Below are positions 1 through 12,838 of a stretch of 64,000 nt of DNA, piece by piece. The stretch is taken from positions 1,302,001 through 1,366,000 of the forward strand of contig OZ287081.1 of NCBI GenBank assembly GCA_965645245.1, in the 5' to 3' direction. This DNA comes from Massalongia carnosa. Lineage: Eukaryota. The notes below the pieces were generated by a model. It did not search any database and was not told the DNA's origin. It was given only the letters and a program-made list of their open reading frames with translations. Position 1 is the first letter of the stretch. Each line of letters begins with the position of its first letter. The position numbers and the translations under genes were made by a program.

Positions 1-597
1 GCTCGTATTGGTCATTGTAATTGAGGTATACAAGCGAATGTATTCGCTGGAATCGTGTTGCGCAGTCAAAAGCCCACTATGTGAGCCATTCCCGGGCTTT
101 TCCGAATATACGCCAAGGTCGTGCATAATTCTTGTACCGATCGAGCTGGGAATAACGTACACCGGAAACGTATTCTCGGATTTCCAGCTCCCACCATCGT
201 TTAGCTTCCAAGTCGGGTCATTCACCGGAGGTGGCGTGCCGGTTCGATTGTCTGTCAGGTAGAATATAAAGGCTAATGAACCATGCGCGGCAGATAGGTA
301 GGATTTTGTACATTCGGGTGTCATCCATGGCGCTAATGCGATGAAGGGATATTGTCTAGTGGGGAAACTGGCCTGCCGTGTGACATTCTGTGGAATATTT
401 TGTGCTGAGAGATCTGTGCATGGATCGGATGATGGCAGGTCAGGGACATAGAGGAGGCCTTCGATCGACTGAGTGTTATCTGCCGTATTGGTTGATAAGG
501 TTCTTATAACATCATTGAAATACAGGCCATAAGCGTCACTGGACTGCGGTGCACCAGTGTCATTAGCAGGTTGTAAGATCAAATCCACTAGATGTGC
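1..597 (-). CDS. Partial (runs off the window) fungal membrane RING-type E3 ligase-like protein, luminal PA-like region
   Basis: Stop-free minus frame from 597 to 1 (not in the ORF track): ...IEGLLYVPDLPSSDPC...NIPQNVTR...FIALAPWMTPECTKSYL...AFIFYLTDNRTGTPPPVNDPTWKLNDGGSWKSENTFPVYVIP...YIRLY. This resembles the luminal part of Pezizomycotina PA-TM-RING-H2 proteins. An in-frame TAG at 598-600 may be a splice acceptor, so the start exon is unresolved. The RING domain itself is not in the window. Confidence 0.6.
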
Positions 598-1745
598 CTA
601 CATCATTCCCCCTTAAGCGTGCTTTGTCTTTAAAGCCTGAGCTCCATGCTGGATCGTTGAAGGCAAGAAGGAAGATATCGATTGACCCGGCGCCTGAGCT
701 TCATTAGCATGCGCTCCACCTAGTCTTGACCAGACTGGACGGACTCATTGTCGTCCAAGGCGCTTGAGTCTATCGGATCGTCAATCGATCATGACGGGGA
801 CCTGGACAACGGCCCTGCGTAATGCTTGAGTGAGAGATCCAAGAACACGGCAAGTCGAGCGAGGGATATATTGATGATTTACCCCACGATGGTGTTTCCT
901 TGAAGAGATCACTCTGTACGCGGGGTAGTCGTAGTGCTCCCAATACCCGTAAGAGTTTGACTGATTATAGTATACTCCTGAGTTTGATGCACTTCTTGGG
1001 GAGACTGAGAGGGCGGTGCAAGAATCAGGGGTCAACTGGCCGTCAGTGATTGAGAAACGAGGAGCAGACCTGAAGAACTGACGTTTGGAAGCTCGTTCCG
1101 CCACTTCTGTACTTGCTGTTGAGGAGAAACCATTGACTGGTTTCATTTAACGGCTCTGATCAACAGCATCTGATTGGATGATAGATTTAGATGCTAAGCC
1201 TCCTTTATGACCTGGTATTTATGGCATTTAGGACATTTAAGTCGTTTAACTCGTGCATTGCATACTACCCAGATAGGCTTAGTGCGGCTCTTGCACTATC
1301 GGACATAATCAGCCAACCGCTTAGGAGGTTATAGATTTGAGTGTTCTCACCTCATCGTCTCTCTGAGCAAACAGAAGCCGCGCAAGGGAGTCTGTACAGA
1401 GTACTCGACAGAGAACAACTACTCCCGTTCTCTATACTCTTTGCGTGCTAGCGATAGGGCCTTTTCATCTGTGTCCTTCCACACTATATACTGCCAAATG
1501 TGTGACAACGCAAAAACCAGATTCAATTCACGGTATAAAACTGCAGGCTCTGCTAACCTAAAGATTTCATAAGTCGATGGCCGACCAGTTTTATAGTAAT
1601 AGCAAAACCTATGCGATAAGCGCTTCATGCTGCAAGCTTAGGTGAACACAGAGTACCGTCATTCACAATCCTCTCCCACCAACAATATCATACCTTTAAT
1701 TTCACCTTCCTTGCCATCTTCAATTTGGTTTCATCAACACTCAAA

Positions 1746-4257
1746 ATGCCTCCTTTAGGGGGAAAAAGCAAGTCTAAAGGGCGCGAGAGTCGTCAGTCAC
1801 CAAGCCGCAACACAACTCCAAGTTCTACTGTCAGTGTACCAGTTAGCGTGGTGGCCTCGACCAATGCTACGTTTTTGGATATGCCTTTGGCAACGCTGGT
1901 GGCAACCGAAATCAACTATGATGATATTCTCGAACGTCATGGGGGTGGAGGGGGTACACCAGATCCGAAGCATCTTGAAACGATGACGAACGATCTGGAT
2001 CTCTTGATGGAAATCGCGGAATCAAGAAGTATGACATGTGATAATGCTACGCGTGAGTCGTTAAGAAAGCGGAAGGATGAAGTGGAGAAGGAACGGGAGC
2101 GGCAGCAAGCCAGCCGTGAAGCGGAAGAAAAAGAAAACTTGAAGAGGGCAGCCGAGGATGAGGATGATGTAAGAGGCAGAAAGGGAGCAAAACTCAAGAA
2201 GCGGAAGGAACGAAGCAACGTGAGAGAGGAGAGGCCATTAACACATGGTGCGCATGGTCTTGCTCGGCAAGACGGGCTTGACTTGCCTATGAAAGGTACG
2301 TTAGGTCATGATCCATTCTCAACTGCTCTATATTACAATGATAATTTTTCTCGCCTTGTATTGGAGACACTGTTGCTCTTTGGTTCTGCACAGTTTTTTC
2401 GGGCTCGTGTTAGCTGCAGCTAGAGCATGTGGCTCGGTAGTCTTGGCGATGGCTTCCAACCTTCCAAGCGCCTGAGACAGCGTATCTCATTAGCACTTCA
2501 AGAGTATAAGAATTTTAATCCAAGTCTTGACATGGATAAAGCGTGAAACACGCTGTATGGAAACAGTTCAGCGATTAGAGACGAAGAAAAACTGGAGCTT
2601 GAACTATATATTGACTTTGTGCAGGCTCAGTTGCATCGCGGAAAACCAGTGCAGACATAGCGTCTCCTCGCACCAAAAGAAAACTCGATGCTATCTCCGG
2701 AAGCTCTTCATCCTTATCACCAGCCTCAAGGGGTCAGTCACCAAGAGAGAGTGCAGCTTCCGCCAAAGAGGAATTTCCAGCACGTCCTTCACCAGTTCTA
2801 TCATGTAGTTCAATGGACTCGCATCAGCCTTCGCCGGCCCCTAGTATTTCTCATTATCAAACATTTGGCCCAGATCCTTCAGCATTCGATGATCCAACCG
2901 TATATCATATTCGCGAGATCACGGACGATATGACTGACGAAGAGAAGAAGGAGATTTACTGCGTTGCACAATTCCCACATGATGATTTAAGCCATCTTAT
3001 TGCTGGGACACCTCCCGATAAGGATTTCAGTAATGCCAAGCCTACAAATCAAGTCAATGCAAATACCTTTGCCACCTACATTGAGCCCTATCTTCGACCA
3101 CTCACAGAAGAAGACATGGCATTTTTAAAAGAACGGGTAATGAAATCGGAGGTGCGTCAGGTCGATTGGAGCTGATATGCATTTAGGGCGATAGAACTAA
3201 TCCGTTTCTGATACCTCGGCGTGGAAAACGCTACTATACCGAGATTTGGGCGGAAGAAGACGGTCACATCTCCTTTGATGGCGTTCACCAAGCGGCCGAA
3301 AAATTACCGCCCAATCAAGCCCGGGGCAGCCTGGAACAAATGGAAGACGACCTAATGGAAACCGAGCAAATATCTAATAGTCCTATGCTTAGCCGGCTTC
3401 TCTGCACAATGCGCTTCGAACACCGGTTATCACCATCAGAGGATAAAGACAAACCTAACGGTCTCTCCAACGGCACCGGAGAACCATCCACCAATGGTTT
3501 CCCCAACCCAGCGTCCACCACAGCCGACAACTCTTCTGACGACAATGTCAAAGCACCCTCTCTTCCCCCCGCAACCTTTATGCCCGAGTCTAATTCGCAA
3601 TGCTGGAAAACGCACACGGTGAAACTAGATCAGCACCAAGTGGACGAGCGCCTCAAAGCGGAGCTACGCTACATAGGCTTCTTGGGCCCTGAGTTATCGG
3701 AGCCGGATTATGATGCCCACAACGATGACGAGGTCGCAGAGCGACTACGCGCGCTGCAGGTGGAGCTGAAGCGCGTCAGCGTCCTCAATGGCGCGCGGAA
3801 GGCGCGCGTTCTTGAGCTCGCTAATGAGCGCATGGCGTATCAGGAGTATAGCACCATCCTGGAGGATCTTGACAGCCAGGTGCAACAGGTTTACCTTAAG
3901 CGCACGCGCACACTAGGGAAGAGCAAGAAGAACGTTAAGCGGCCAGGTGGCGCTGGAGGGGGCAGTCATTCTGTTGGTGGTGGAGCCGGGGGAGGAGGCG
4001 CAGGCAGTGGTGGGACGAACGGGGCCGGGGCTAGTGGAGGCGGCTCGGGCGGGGGCGCCGGGGTGACAAAACCGGGGATCGGCGATGTTGCGAGGCAACT
4101 AATGGAGCGAAGGAAGAAGTGGGAGGGGCAGATTGGGCCCGTGTTTGGGGATGATGTAAGGAGGGTGAGGGGCGCCGGCGAGGGTATTTTCGAAGAGGCG
4201 GTCATGGAGTCGTTGATGAAGGCGGAGTTGGAAAGATGGGATGAGGAGGCTGACTAG
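1746..4257 (+). CDS. NGG1: SAGA/ADA histone acetyltransferase complex subunit Ada3/Ngg1
   Basis: Exons 1746-2295, 2625-3136 and 3187-4257 join in frame via GT-AG introns. Ada3-like segments [42 protein letters not shown] and DDEVAERLR...[28 protein letters not shown] are present. Confidence 0.92.
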
Positions 4258-4802
4258 GAGTTGTTCCTCGCTTTCCCACCTCTCTTTGTGTACGTGCAAT
4301 TGCGTTAGGTGGCGCCAATTGGGGGGGGGGTTGGGAATTATGAGGGCGTATATGGGGGCGTATTTGTTTTTGGGGCGTCGCGCGGGATGGGGATGGACAG
4401 GTTCCGTGGACAGGTAGCATTTGGGAGGGGTGGGTGCGCTGGCGGGGATCGGTCGGTTAGCCAGCGGATGAATGCATGAGGAAAGGGGTGGGTGGTAGAT
4501 CTACTACAGCCTCCATCGATATTAACCATACTTATCTTATCCTTCCCTATTCTATCCTCTTCTATCCTATCCTGTGCTACATTGTGGGCGATTAAAGGAA
4601 GGAAGAGTAAATAGGTAGGGTTAATTGAATCCGACGGGGATTTGGATTCCGTATCTCTCCCCCGCCCTTTCCGTCGTTTTTCCCTATGTACGGAGTACCC
4701 GAAACGCAATCCGGCCCAAACCCCTTTCCCCAAAAAAAAATAGAAAAAGAAAAAGAACCCCCCAGGGAGGGGAGAGGTTGTCCTTTCCCTTCCCTCCCCA
4801 CG

Positions 4803-6315
4803 TCACCGATGAATAATCTGCACCGCTCCCCCGCCCTCCGCCTCCAAAGCTTTGATCCGTGCCAGCAGCTCCCGCTCGCTAAGCTGCAGCTGCGTGCAAA
4901 TCTCGTCGAAGCAGTGCGTGCCGTCGAGGAAGCGGGCGAGCTCGGCATGGCGTTTACGCTCGTCGGGGGTTTTCTTCTTGGGGGTGGTGGTAGTAGAATC
5001 GTTGATAGCGGCATTGGGTGTTGGGTTGGTGGAAAGGCGGCTGTTATTGGTGTCTTCGGATTGGATGGTTTGGGCGTGAAGGGTGGATTGCGAGGGAAAG
5101 GGGATGGTCTTTCTTTTCTCCCCAGGAGTTGGGATGATGCCTAGCTTCTTCTTGCCGGAGCGGTGATGGTTATGGTAATGATGTGCGCCTTTAGCGCTGG
5201 AGAGGAGAATGGCATATTTGTGCACGCGGTACAGGAAGCCCTTGATCACGCCAAAGGTGATGAAGCGTCGGATGTCGATCCCGTCCAGCATTGCCGCGTG
5301 CTCGATGCAAAAGTGCCGCACGCTCTGGCCGTGCTTCAGCGCACAATACAGCTCCACCAGTTCCGTGCCGCTGAGCAAGTCCCCACCATCGTCATCTCCG
5401 CCGTGGCCATAGGCCTCGTATGGCACGGTGACGTAGCGCGCGCACTCGCCCTGAAGCTCGGGGCTGCCGACGAAGTCGGCCAGTTGGGCCGTCGGGGCGT
5501 AGATGGCCGCGAAGCTGAAGATGTCGAGCAGGAAGATGCAGCGATAATAGAGGAGGTGCGAGAGCGCCTTGCGGACGAGTTGGTAGTCGGCGTCGGCCGC
5601 GAGGGCGATCTGAGCCACGCTATTGATGCCATTGATGTAAGGGAGGATGAGCAGCATGGTAAGGTCCCAGTTTGGGTCCACGAGGGCGGAGAGCCGCACA
5701 GTGCTGAGGGGCACGTGGTGTGGGAGTAACGGTGGTGGGGGCGGGTAGGTGGGGAAGAGCTTAATATTGAGGGTGTTGGAGGCGTCGATGGGAATCATGG
5801 ATTCACAGTAGTTGTTCAGGTCTTCGAGCAGGATTTCGCACAGAGCGTAGATTTTGCCCGTGTTAGGCGGCGACGTGTCGCGCGAGAGAAAGTGCGATTG
5901 CTCTTCTAGCGTGCGCAGCAGGCTGGCTAGCTTGAGGGTGACAGTTAGATGCGGGGAGAACTCGTCCGAGGCGTTGAGCACGAGGCAGAAGTTAAAGAGG
6001 AATTCGTTGCGGGGATAGCGTGGCGAAGGCAGGCAGACCGGGTGGCCGAGGATGCGATACGAGTTTGCGACGATGGTGACTAGGCCAGAGCAGAATTCCT
6101 GGCGTGGGATGATGTAGGAGGATATGTCGGGAAAGTGGAACAGGGTGGTTTTGTTGGAGTCTGGGGAGGCTACGATGGAGTTTGCGGGCACTTGGTGGAG
6201 GACTTTGGGGCCTTTGAGAGTTGTTAGCTAGCTTGGAAGAGGATGAAGGGCTTGAGCTTGGGGCGGGCAGACCTTCAGTAACATCGAATTTGCTGAAGAA
6301 GATGGCTTTGATCAT
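4803..6315 (-). CDS. NPR2: Nitrogen permease regulator 2 (SEACIT/GATOR1 subunit)
   Basis: Exon 1 6273-6315 (MIKAIFFSKFDVTEG), intron 6212-6272, then PKVLHQVP...YIIPRQEFC...YPRNEFLFNF...NWDLTM..ILPYINGINSV...DIRRFITFGVIKGFLYRVHKY...DGTHCFDEIC. Confidence 0.95.
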
Positions 6316-6657
6316 GATGATAGGCTTCAATGGGTTCACTAGCCACAAAGGCAGCGGATAGATGTTGGTTCGCTACATTATTGTTTCTGACAGAGAGCAA
6401 AACTCGAAGCGAACGGAAGACTAATTTATACGTAACTATTATCATTCTCCTCGATCACCTGATTGATTCCCTTCATCCATAGGGAGTTTATATCGGTACA
6501 GTGGTGCTTCTTCTATTCGATTGACAGATTTTCACTATCTTACTCAAGATTTAACCTGTGCTATGAAACCCAGACACAGATCTCCCTTAACCCCATGAAC
6601 GAAGGATTCTGGATGTCTCCAAATCTACCCCTTGCACACTGCTTCTTCCAAACCCCA

Positions 6658-8697
6658 TTACCTACGGCCCCACTCCCGCAGTACTCTCCTCTCTCTTTCA
6701 TCACCATCGCTATCGGAGCTTTTCTCGTCGATCTCGTCTTCCAAGTACTCGTCGGAACTGCTTTCTATGTCTTTGTCGTCCTCTCCGTCATCTGTTTCTG
6801 CTTCTTCGTCATTGTTCTCATCTGCTTCCTTCAGTGCTTCCTTATCTACATTCTCATCTAGCTCATCTTGTAGGCCTTCTTCTAATATATCCTCCAAATT
6901 ATCTTTATCTGTGGATCGTCAGTCCTTGGCATGCCGATTTGGAAACCGCACCGTACTCTCCCTTAGGTGCCGCAAGCCCGCCTCGGGGAGATTGGGTGAA
7001 TCGATGTACGGATCGGTTAGCTTGAAGTTGCCAGCAGACATTTTCTCAATTTCCTTGCTGCGATAGTATAACCGTTCCGTCGGATGAGGTCTCGATATGT
7101 CAGCGCCGCGCAACTTGAGTCCGTCTGCCTCCAGTTTTCGCCGCGCAATGGTAATACGCAGTTGGACTTCAGCAACCTTGATACGGTCTTGGGGTTGGGG
7201 TCGAAGGCAGAGCCGTATCAGGTCACGCAGCTCAGAGCTATATTCAGGGTCTTTGTTAGTTGTGATAGGGCCAATAGCTTCGCCGCCGGCCCCTTTTTTA
7301 GCTCGAAAGAATCTTGAGGTGGCACGGTCATGGGTGAGCAGTTCGTACATCGCGGCGCCAACACCCCACACATTGGTGTAGCTGGAAAGACGCCCTGAAT
7401 ACCCTTGCAGCTATGTCGGGATATGGGGTCTCGGTTTTCTGGCTTCACTGTCTTTTTGCTCGGGAGCCAGGTACTGTGGTGTGCCAGCACCACGATATCT
7501 ACAGGGGTTTCGCTTATCCGAAGGTCCCGTTTCCACTCCCAGACCAAAGCCACCAAGTTTGGCAACTGGGTAAAAGGGGACTTCGCTTTCATTTTCATGG
7601 CCTAGGAAAACTTTGCAACATCAGGTTAGCTTAATGATGAGCAATATGGTGCCTATTCACCTACCGTTAGCTGGTATGATATCCCGATGGACAATTTCGT
7701 CAAAATCCCAGCTACCATCGTCAGGGCCGTTGGCCATAGCTGCGACGGCTTCGATTAGATAATAGAACACATTCCATATAAAATATTCGGGGACGTATTG
7801 CCTGTTGATTATCAGCAGTCCATTTCTTGATTTTATGTGGAGTGTATTACTGGTGGGTGTTTTCTTACCTGGACCGCTTATATCTTTTTTGTAGTCTGTG
7901 GAGATCGCCATGCGGAAAAAACTCCATGTAGATTCGATGAACCGATTCGTTGAAATATCTCTTGTAGCCCCGGTATTCCACCACCCCCGGGCATTTTGTT
8001 GCGCTCATATGCTGCATAATTTTAACCTCTCGCGGTATCTGGGGATCCCAGTCTTGGCCCTTGTGCCCACGGCCAATCTGCTTGATGCATAATTCCTATC
8101 GTCTCTCGCATTAAGCGGTCATCTATACTCGTTAGAATTGTCCTTTACTTACGTCAATCACCTTGCCTGCTTCGTCTAGTTTCTCCCAGAACCCAATGAG
8201 GCCAAATTTCCGTCGTCAAGTAGATATCTCCCGATCCATTGTTCAGTTGTACCTTCGAAGCCCGAGCTCGAGCGTATGAAAGCGGCGGTAGGTTGAGTCC
8301 ACATTTCCAATTCCGCTACGATTACCTCGCCGGCAGTCGTTTCGTCTAGGAGGGCATTGGGATACTCAGCCACCGTCATGGCATAGGCGTAATCGGTAGG
8401 GTCACCACCCCAAGGCTTGTAATCATTGGCAGTTGCGCCTAAGGAGGGAGTATGCGTACGCGCTCTGGAGCTTGGAGGGGCTTGCCCTCCTACCTGACGA
8501 TGGGCTGGCCGTATGGTTATTTTGTCTTCGCCGAATGATGCTCCCTCCACCGAGTGCGTTGTGCTTGGGTATCGTGAGTGTGTTCCAACACTTGGAGTTT
8601 TTACCCGAATGCCAGGAGGAAGAACATAGGGTATATATCTGGAGGGCCGTATGATAGAATGGCTCCTTAACGGTTCAGGCCTGGGCAGCTGGAACAT
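6658..8697 (-). pseudogene. Degenerate fungal Ser/Thr protein kinase
   Basis: Kinase subdomains in order across introns 8096-8152, 7802-7868 and 7611-7664: ELCIKQ, EVKIM, IYMEFFPHGDL, VHRDIIPAN, KLGGFG, GTPQYLAPEQ, NVWGVG, CLRPQPQDRI. Lesions: a 1-nt frameshift at ~8210, an in-frame TAG at 7411-7413, and a TGA at 6919-6921 ahead of an in-frame acidic tail. Confidence 0.8.
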
Positions 8698-10433
8698 GGT
8701 ATATTTGGTAACAACGTCTAGTTTTGAACTGTTTTTTTTAGAGCTATGCTCGTGGAAATTGAATATATCACAAGCGTATTCGCATATGAGCGATGGCTTG
8801 TTTTGAGAAAAAGCAACAGCAGAGGGAGTGTATCCCGAAGCAAGTCCCGTAACACTCGCGGAAGCAACTCTTGAAAACATGACTGGTTCGTGAACAAAAA
8901 CAATTCACAAAGCCGCAACAAATGAGGACAGACCGCACCGCCTATTCCCCATTTCCGCATCAAGACAAAGACAACATCTGAGTACATGATGCATTAGTCG
9001 GAGTACAGCATTCCTGAGATGTTTACGGCAGTGAAATCTAACAGCGATATCGCATTAATTGACAGGCCGCAAAAGAAAGATTTGAAGCATTTCAAAGATA
9101 CGAAAAGTTAAGCCAAGCCGTCCATATTGGGGATAGTAAAATCCCAGGCTTGAGGACCAATCATGAATAGCTCGTCATGCAGACGCATCATGCAGACGCA
9201 TCACGCATTCTTCATCTAAAACGCCGAGCTAGCACGGAGCTCAACTCGCTTGATTAGACTTTGTAGAGTACATAAACAACATGCTTGCTGGTATTATGGA
9301 ACTGGTGGGGATGACTGTCTAGTCGCAGCCGAAAAGCCTTGACTTGTTCACGTAGCCTTGTCATGACAGGAACATTTGGAGCCCCTAAAGCTCTGAATAA
9401 CAGATCATCCTTGAAGATGCGCCGGAGATGAAGGGTGAAGGTCAAACCGAGAAAGCTTGTCCAGTAGATGACAAGTATTCATGACGGGAGAAGAGAGAGG
9501 AAAAGGATGAGGGTTGTGCATTCTGTCGAGAGTATCAGGGCCGCCAACAATGGGAACTCATTGCCTTGTTGAGAGAGTGCATGAATATGACGAAGAAGGA
9601 TGACACGGCATTACGTTTCTTTTACTGGAGTATCTCGCTCTTGCCCTCACTCTCTCATACGTCCACCTCTTTTCCGTTCTCACTCCCTCTTGGTCTCCCA
9701 GCTCTTCAAAGCACATGCTCGTTGCAGCCGGTTATCGTCTCCCACAACCATCGTGCAGGTGAATGACAGCAGGCAAAGTCCCCAAGACTTATACATACCT
9801 ATCTGCAAGTTGGGGTGCGTGCATATCTATGTACTCTGTAGGTATATAAAGTATTTAAGTTCCCAAGAAGGCGTGTTGATTCAACCCTCTAGTGTAGATT
9901 GGGTCTAGAGGGAGGGAGCCGATCAAGGATCTGCACGAAAACAAAAGCATAAGCGAAATAAAGCGAGAGAAAGCGCAAGCTAATTATTACCGAGTTACTC
10001 AGACGAACGAGCTAACTAGACTGGGACAAGAAAGGGCTCCGGAGGATCTGGATATATATTACCCGTACAGACTTTCTGATGTCAGAGCTATGACATCTGT
10101 ATCCGTGATTGGCTCATCCAAAGCACAGCGGGTAAGGTTAGACGAACTAACACGTAATCTAACAGGTAAACTAAAACTAAGCTACTCTGTAATAGATACC
10201 CAATGTATCGTCCATCCCCCCAAACCCCCCAAAAAGGTGGTGTTGTAGCCAAATAAGGCACATTACCTTTTTAGGTGTGTACTCATATTATCATGATGTC
10301 GACTCCTTCCTCATTCGCCGGCCGTTCGCCGTCGATTTGTGGATTGCCTCCTTTTGCCTTTCTGAAAATCTACTTCCAAGCTCCGTACCTTTCCTCATCC
10401 TGTCGCTGATAGAGAACAATCAACATTCTATGT

Positions 10434-11610
10434 ATGGCCAAGGGTGTGGCGTCGACAATGCCTCCCAGTCCTCCAGCCACCCCAGGATTCCCGCGCCATT
10501 CCACCCATGGTTCAAGGCGGAGTCGTGGCAGCTCCACGGATGTGAGACTATCGATTATCGTGGAAGATGGATCGCTTCCACCTCTACCTCAGAAAGCTTA
10601 TCATCGACCGTTTAGCCAGAGGTGGAATATTGGCGACCCCCCATCCCATAGCTTCGAGAAACCGCCTCCAAAATATGATAGCGTCTGGGATGTAACGGGA
10701 CCGAAGGGCGAGAAGTTGGGAGATGTCAGGAATAACAAGCATATTGCAAGCAGAGGAGGGTGGAGGAGGATATGTGTTGTTGCCTTGCTGATCATGGCCG
10801 TGCTGGTAGCCTTGAGCGTAGGCCTGGCGGTTGGGATGCACAAAACACACAAAGTGAACCAGACGAGGTACACTAGCTGATGGTATTTTGATGAGAAAGC
10901 ATTAATGTCTTCATAGTGCTAATGCGTCGCCTACTTCGTCTACCCCGTCATCACCTATGGCGCCTTCAACGACAGGATCATTTCCTGCTGGCTCCTACAC
11001 TTTCACCACATTTCTTGATAACGCCACGACTGATTGCACATCTGTTCCAACGGATTGGCAGTGCCCTCCCTACCACCTCTACCGTGAATCGCCTTCGCGT
11101 TCCGCAGCAAGCTTTCAGTGGATTATCACTCCTTCCGGATCGCCCTCCACGCCTAATTTTACTATTTCATCGTCTGCTAACCCATTCAACCTTGATTTCG
11201 TCAACGCTAGCCTAGCCCTGCTTGACCCACATACAGATTCCGAACGATATACTTTCACAACCAGGTTCAACAAGGTGGTAATTCCATCCTTGGGCATCCA
11301 TTGCTTTTTCAACAACACCATCCTTGAAGGCACTCTGTACACCAGACGACCAAAGTCAACCTCTGTGGGATCCGCTGCCACAGGTGTATCCTCGGCGGCC
11401 GAGCCAGCCGCCACGGAGAACGTGGCCAGCGACGCATTTGCTGAATGGAGGCATGCCGTCGATACCACCCACTCCATCGGCGGCGGGACTACAATCCCAG
11501 AATGTTACCATATGAATGACGGGGTTAAAGGGGCCAAACTGCTCGATGGGGTTATGCCGCAAGCCGTCACAGAAAAGTGCAGCTGCGTGTATAAAAATTA
11601 TGATTTATGA
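10434..11610 (+). CDS. Uncharacterised single-pass membrane protein with a Cys-containing extracellular domain
   Basis: Exon 1 encodes a basic stretch (RGGWRR) followed by a hydrophobic helix ICVVALLIMAVLVALSVGLAVG. Intron ~10869-10916. Exon 2 encodes FPAGSYTFTTFL...CTS...WQCPPY...CFFNNT...ECY...CSCVYKN. The start may instead be the ATG at 10458. Confidence 0.8.
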
Positions 11611-12838
11611 TCAGTTGTTTGCCCTGTTTCATTGTGCATCATTCTTTGCTTGCCGTTTTGCCCAGTGTGCAAGGCGTTCCGGGAAACAGAACGTAATGTT
11701 CAAGCCGTATGAATGTCTTATGGGGGCTGGCTTGGTAATCTTGGAGACAACCTATCTCAGTTCAAAGATTCAAGCTGACATGCATGCGGGCTTAATATCT
11801 ATCCTTCATAACTTCACCAACCAATGCGCGATATATTGGGCAAATCTATGTTTATCAGAAGATTTAACAGTCATCCAAAAACCCACGAGTACATAGTATT
11901 GGCTTCGGCATCTTAGCTCACAAGTGCCTGTTCTCAACTAGGAATCTCTAGATATCCCAAAAGGCTACCCGAGTTTTCCTTTTTCTGCAGCCTGCACTAT
12001 CTTCGCCCCCATGCATGTACATATCTAGGAATCCCGGCGCGGGGGATGAGCAGGCTTGAGCGATAGACGGATAGTCAAAATGTATCTGTAGCAAGCTCAC
12101 TTATATTGGGCATGTAGCGATCCCCCTCCTTTGTCCTAAGGGGCTCTTATCGCCAGGAAGGAAAGCAAGAAAATTTAATAGGTACCACTTTTCCCATTTT
12201 CTGTTTACAAGCAGAACAGGTCACCAAGGGCCCAACCGCTTGCCTAACATCTGATGAACGTCTTTGTATTTTCACTTCTCAACACCAGTGCGTTAACGTA
12301 GAGGATTGTGGTCAACCCAAACCCTCATTTAAAGTTTTCTGCAAGTGAAAAGGAAGTTACCTCTTTTGCATTCCCGATTTTTGTTTTACGCTTCTGTGCG
12401 ATATGGAGGACAGGGGGGAAGATTTGAGTCAAAGGTATTTCGCTGCTGGATGTTGCCAAGGGTGCTTTTGCTGCTTTCTTTGTAGATTTTGACTGAAACC
12501 TTTGCTTCCACATCTATCGCCTTCCCAGGTCCTTCTCTTTCAAGTTTCATTGTACATCCCTTTGATTGCTGCTGTCTTTCTAGTTACGTAGCATGCCGCG
12601 TAGCTGTCGATGGCTGTTCAGCCTTAAAGCATGTCATAATTCTTGCTTCGGGTGATCATTGATTCCGGCCGACGCTTGTTTCCAATCCGTCCACACAAAT
12701 AGTTAATTCCCTGCATATGCATCCTTCGTACCTTAGCTAACCACTACAGAGTACAGACTTCAGCTACCATCTCAGCAGTTCCTTTCAAAGTCTATCACTG
12801 TCTATCACTATTAGGATTGAAATTGAGCTTTAGAGATA

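Noticed and set aside
781..1146. 121-aa minus-strand ORF as a separate gene
   Set aside because: No recognisable motifs. It may be 5' leader or an upstream exon of the RING/PA-like gene, but I could not establish a splice path.
4592..5729. Overlapping antisense or alternate-frame ORFs over NPR2 (and similar shadows over other genes)
   Set aside because: Expected in GC-rich coding DNA; no independent coding signal.
7411..7413. A-to-I editing-corrected premature TAG (as known for some Sordariomycete genes) in the kinase, and likewise at 48961
   Set aside because: Both loci also carry frameshifts and further stops that editing cannot repair, so pseudogenisation or assembly error is more parsimonious.
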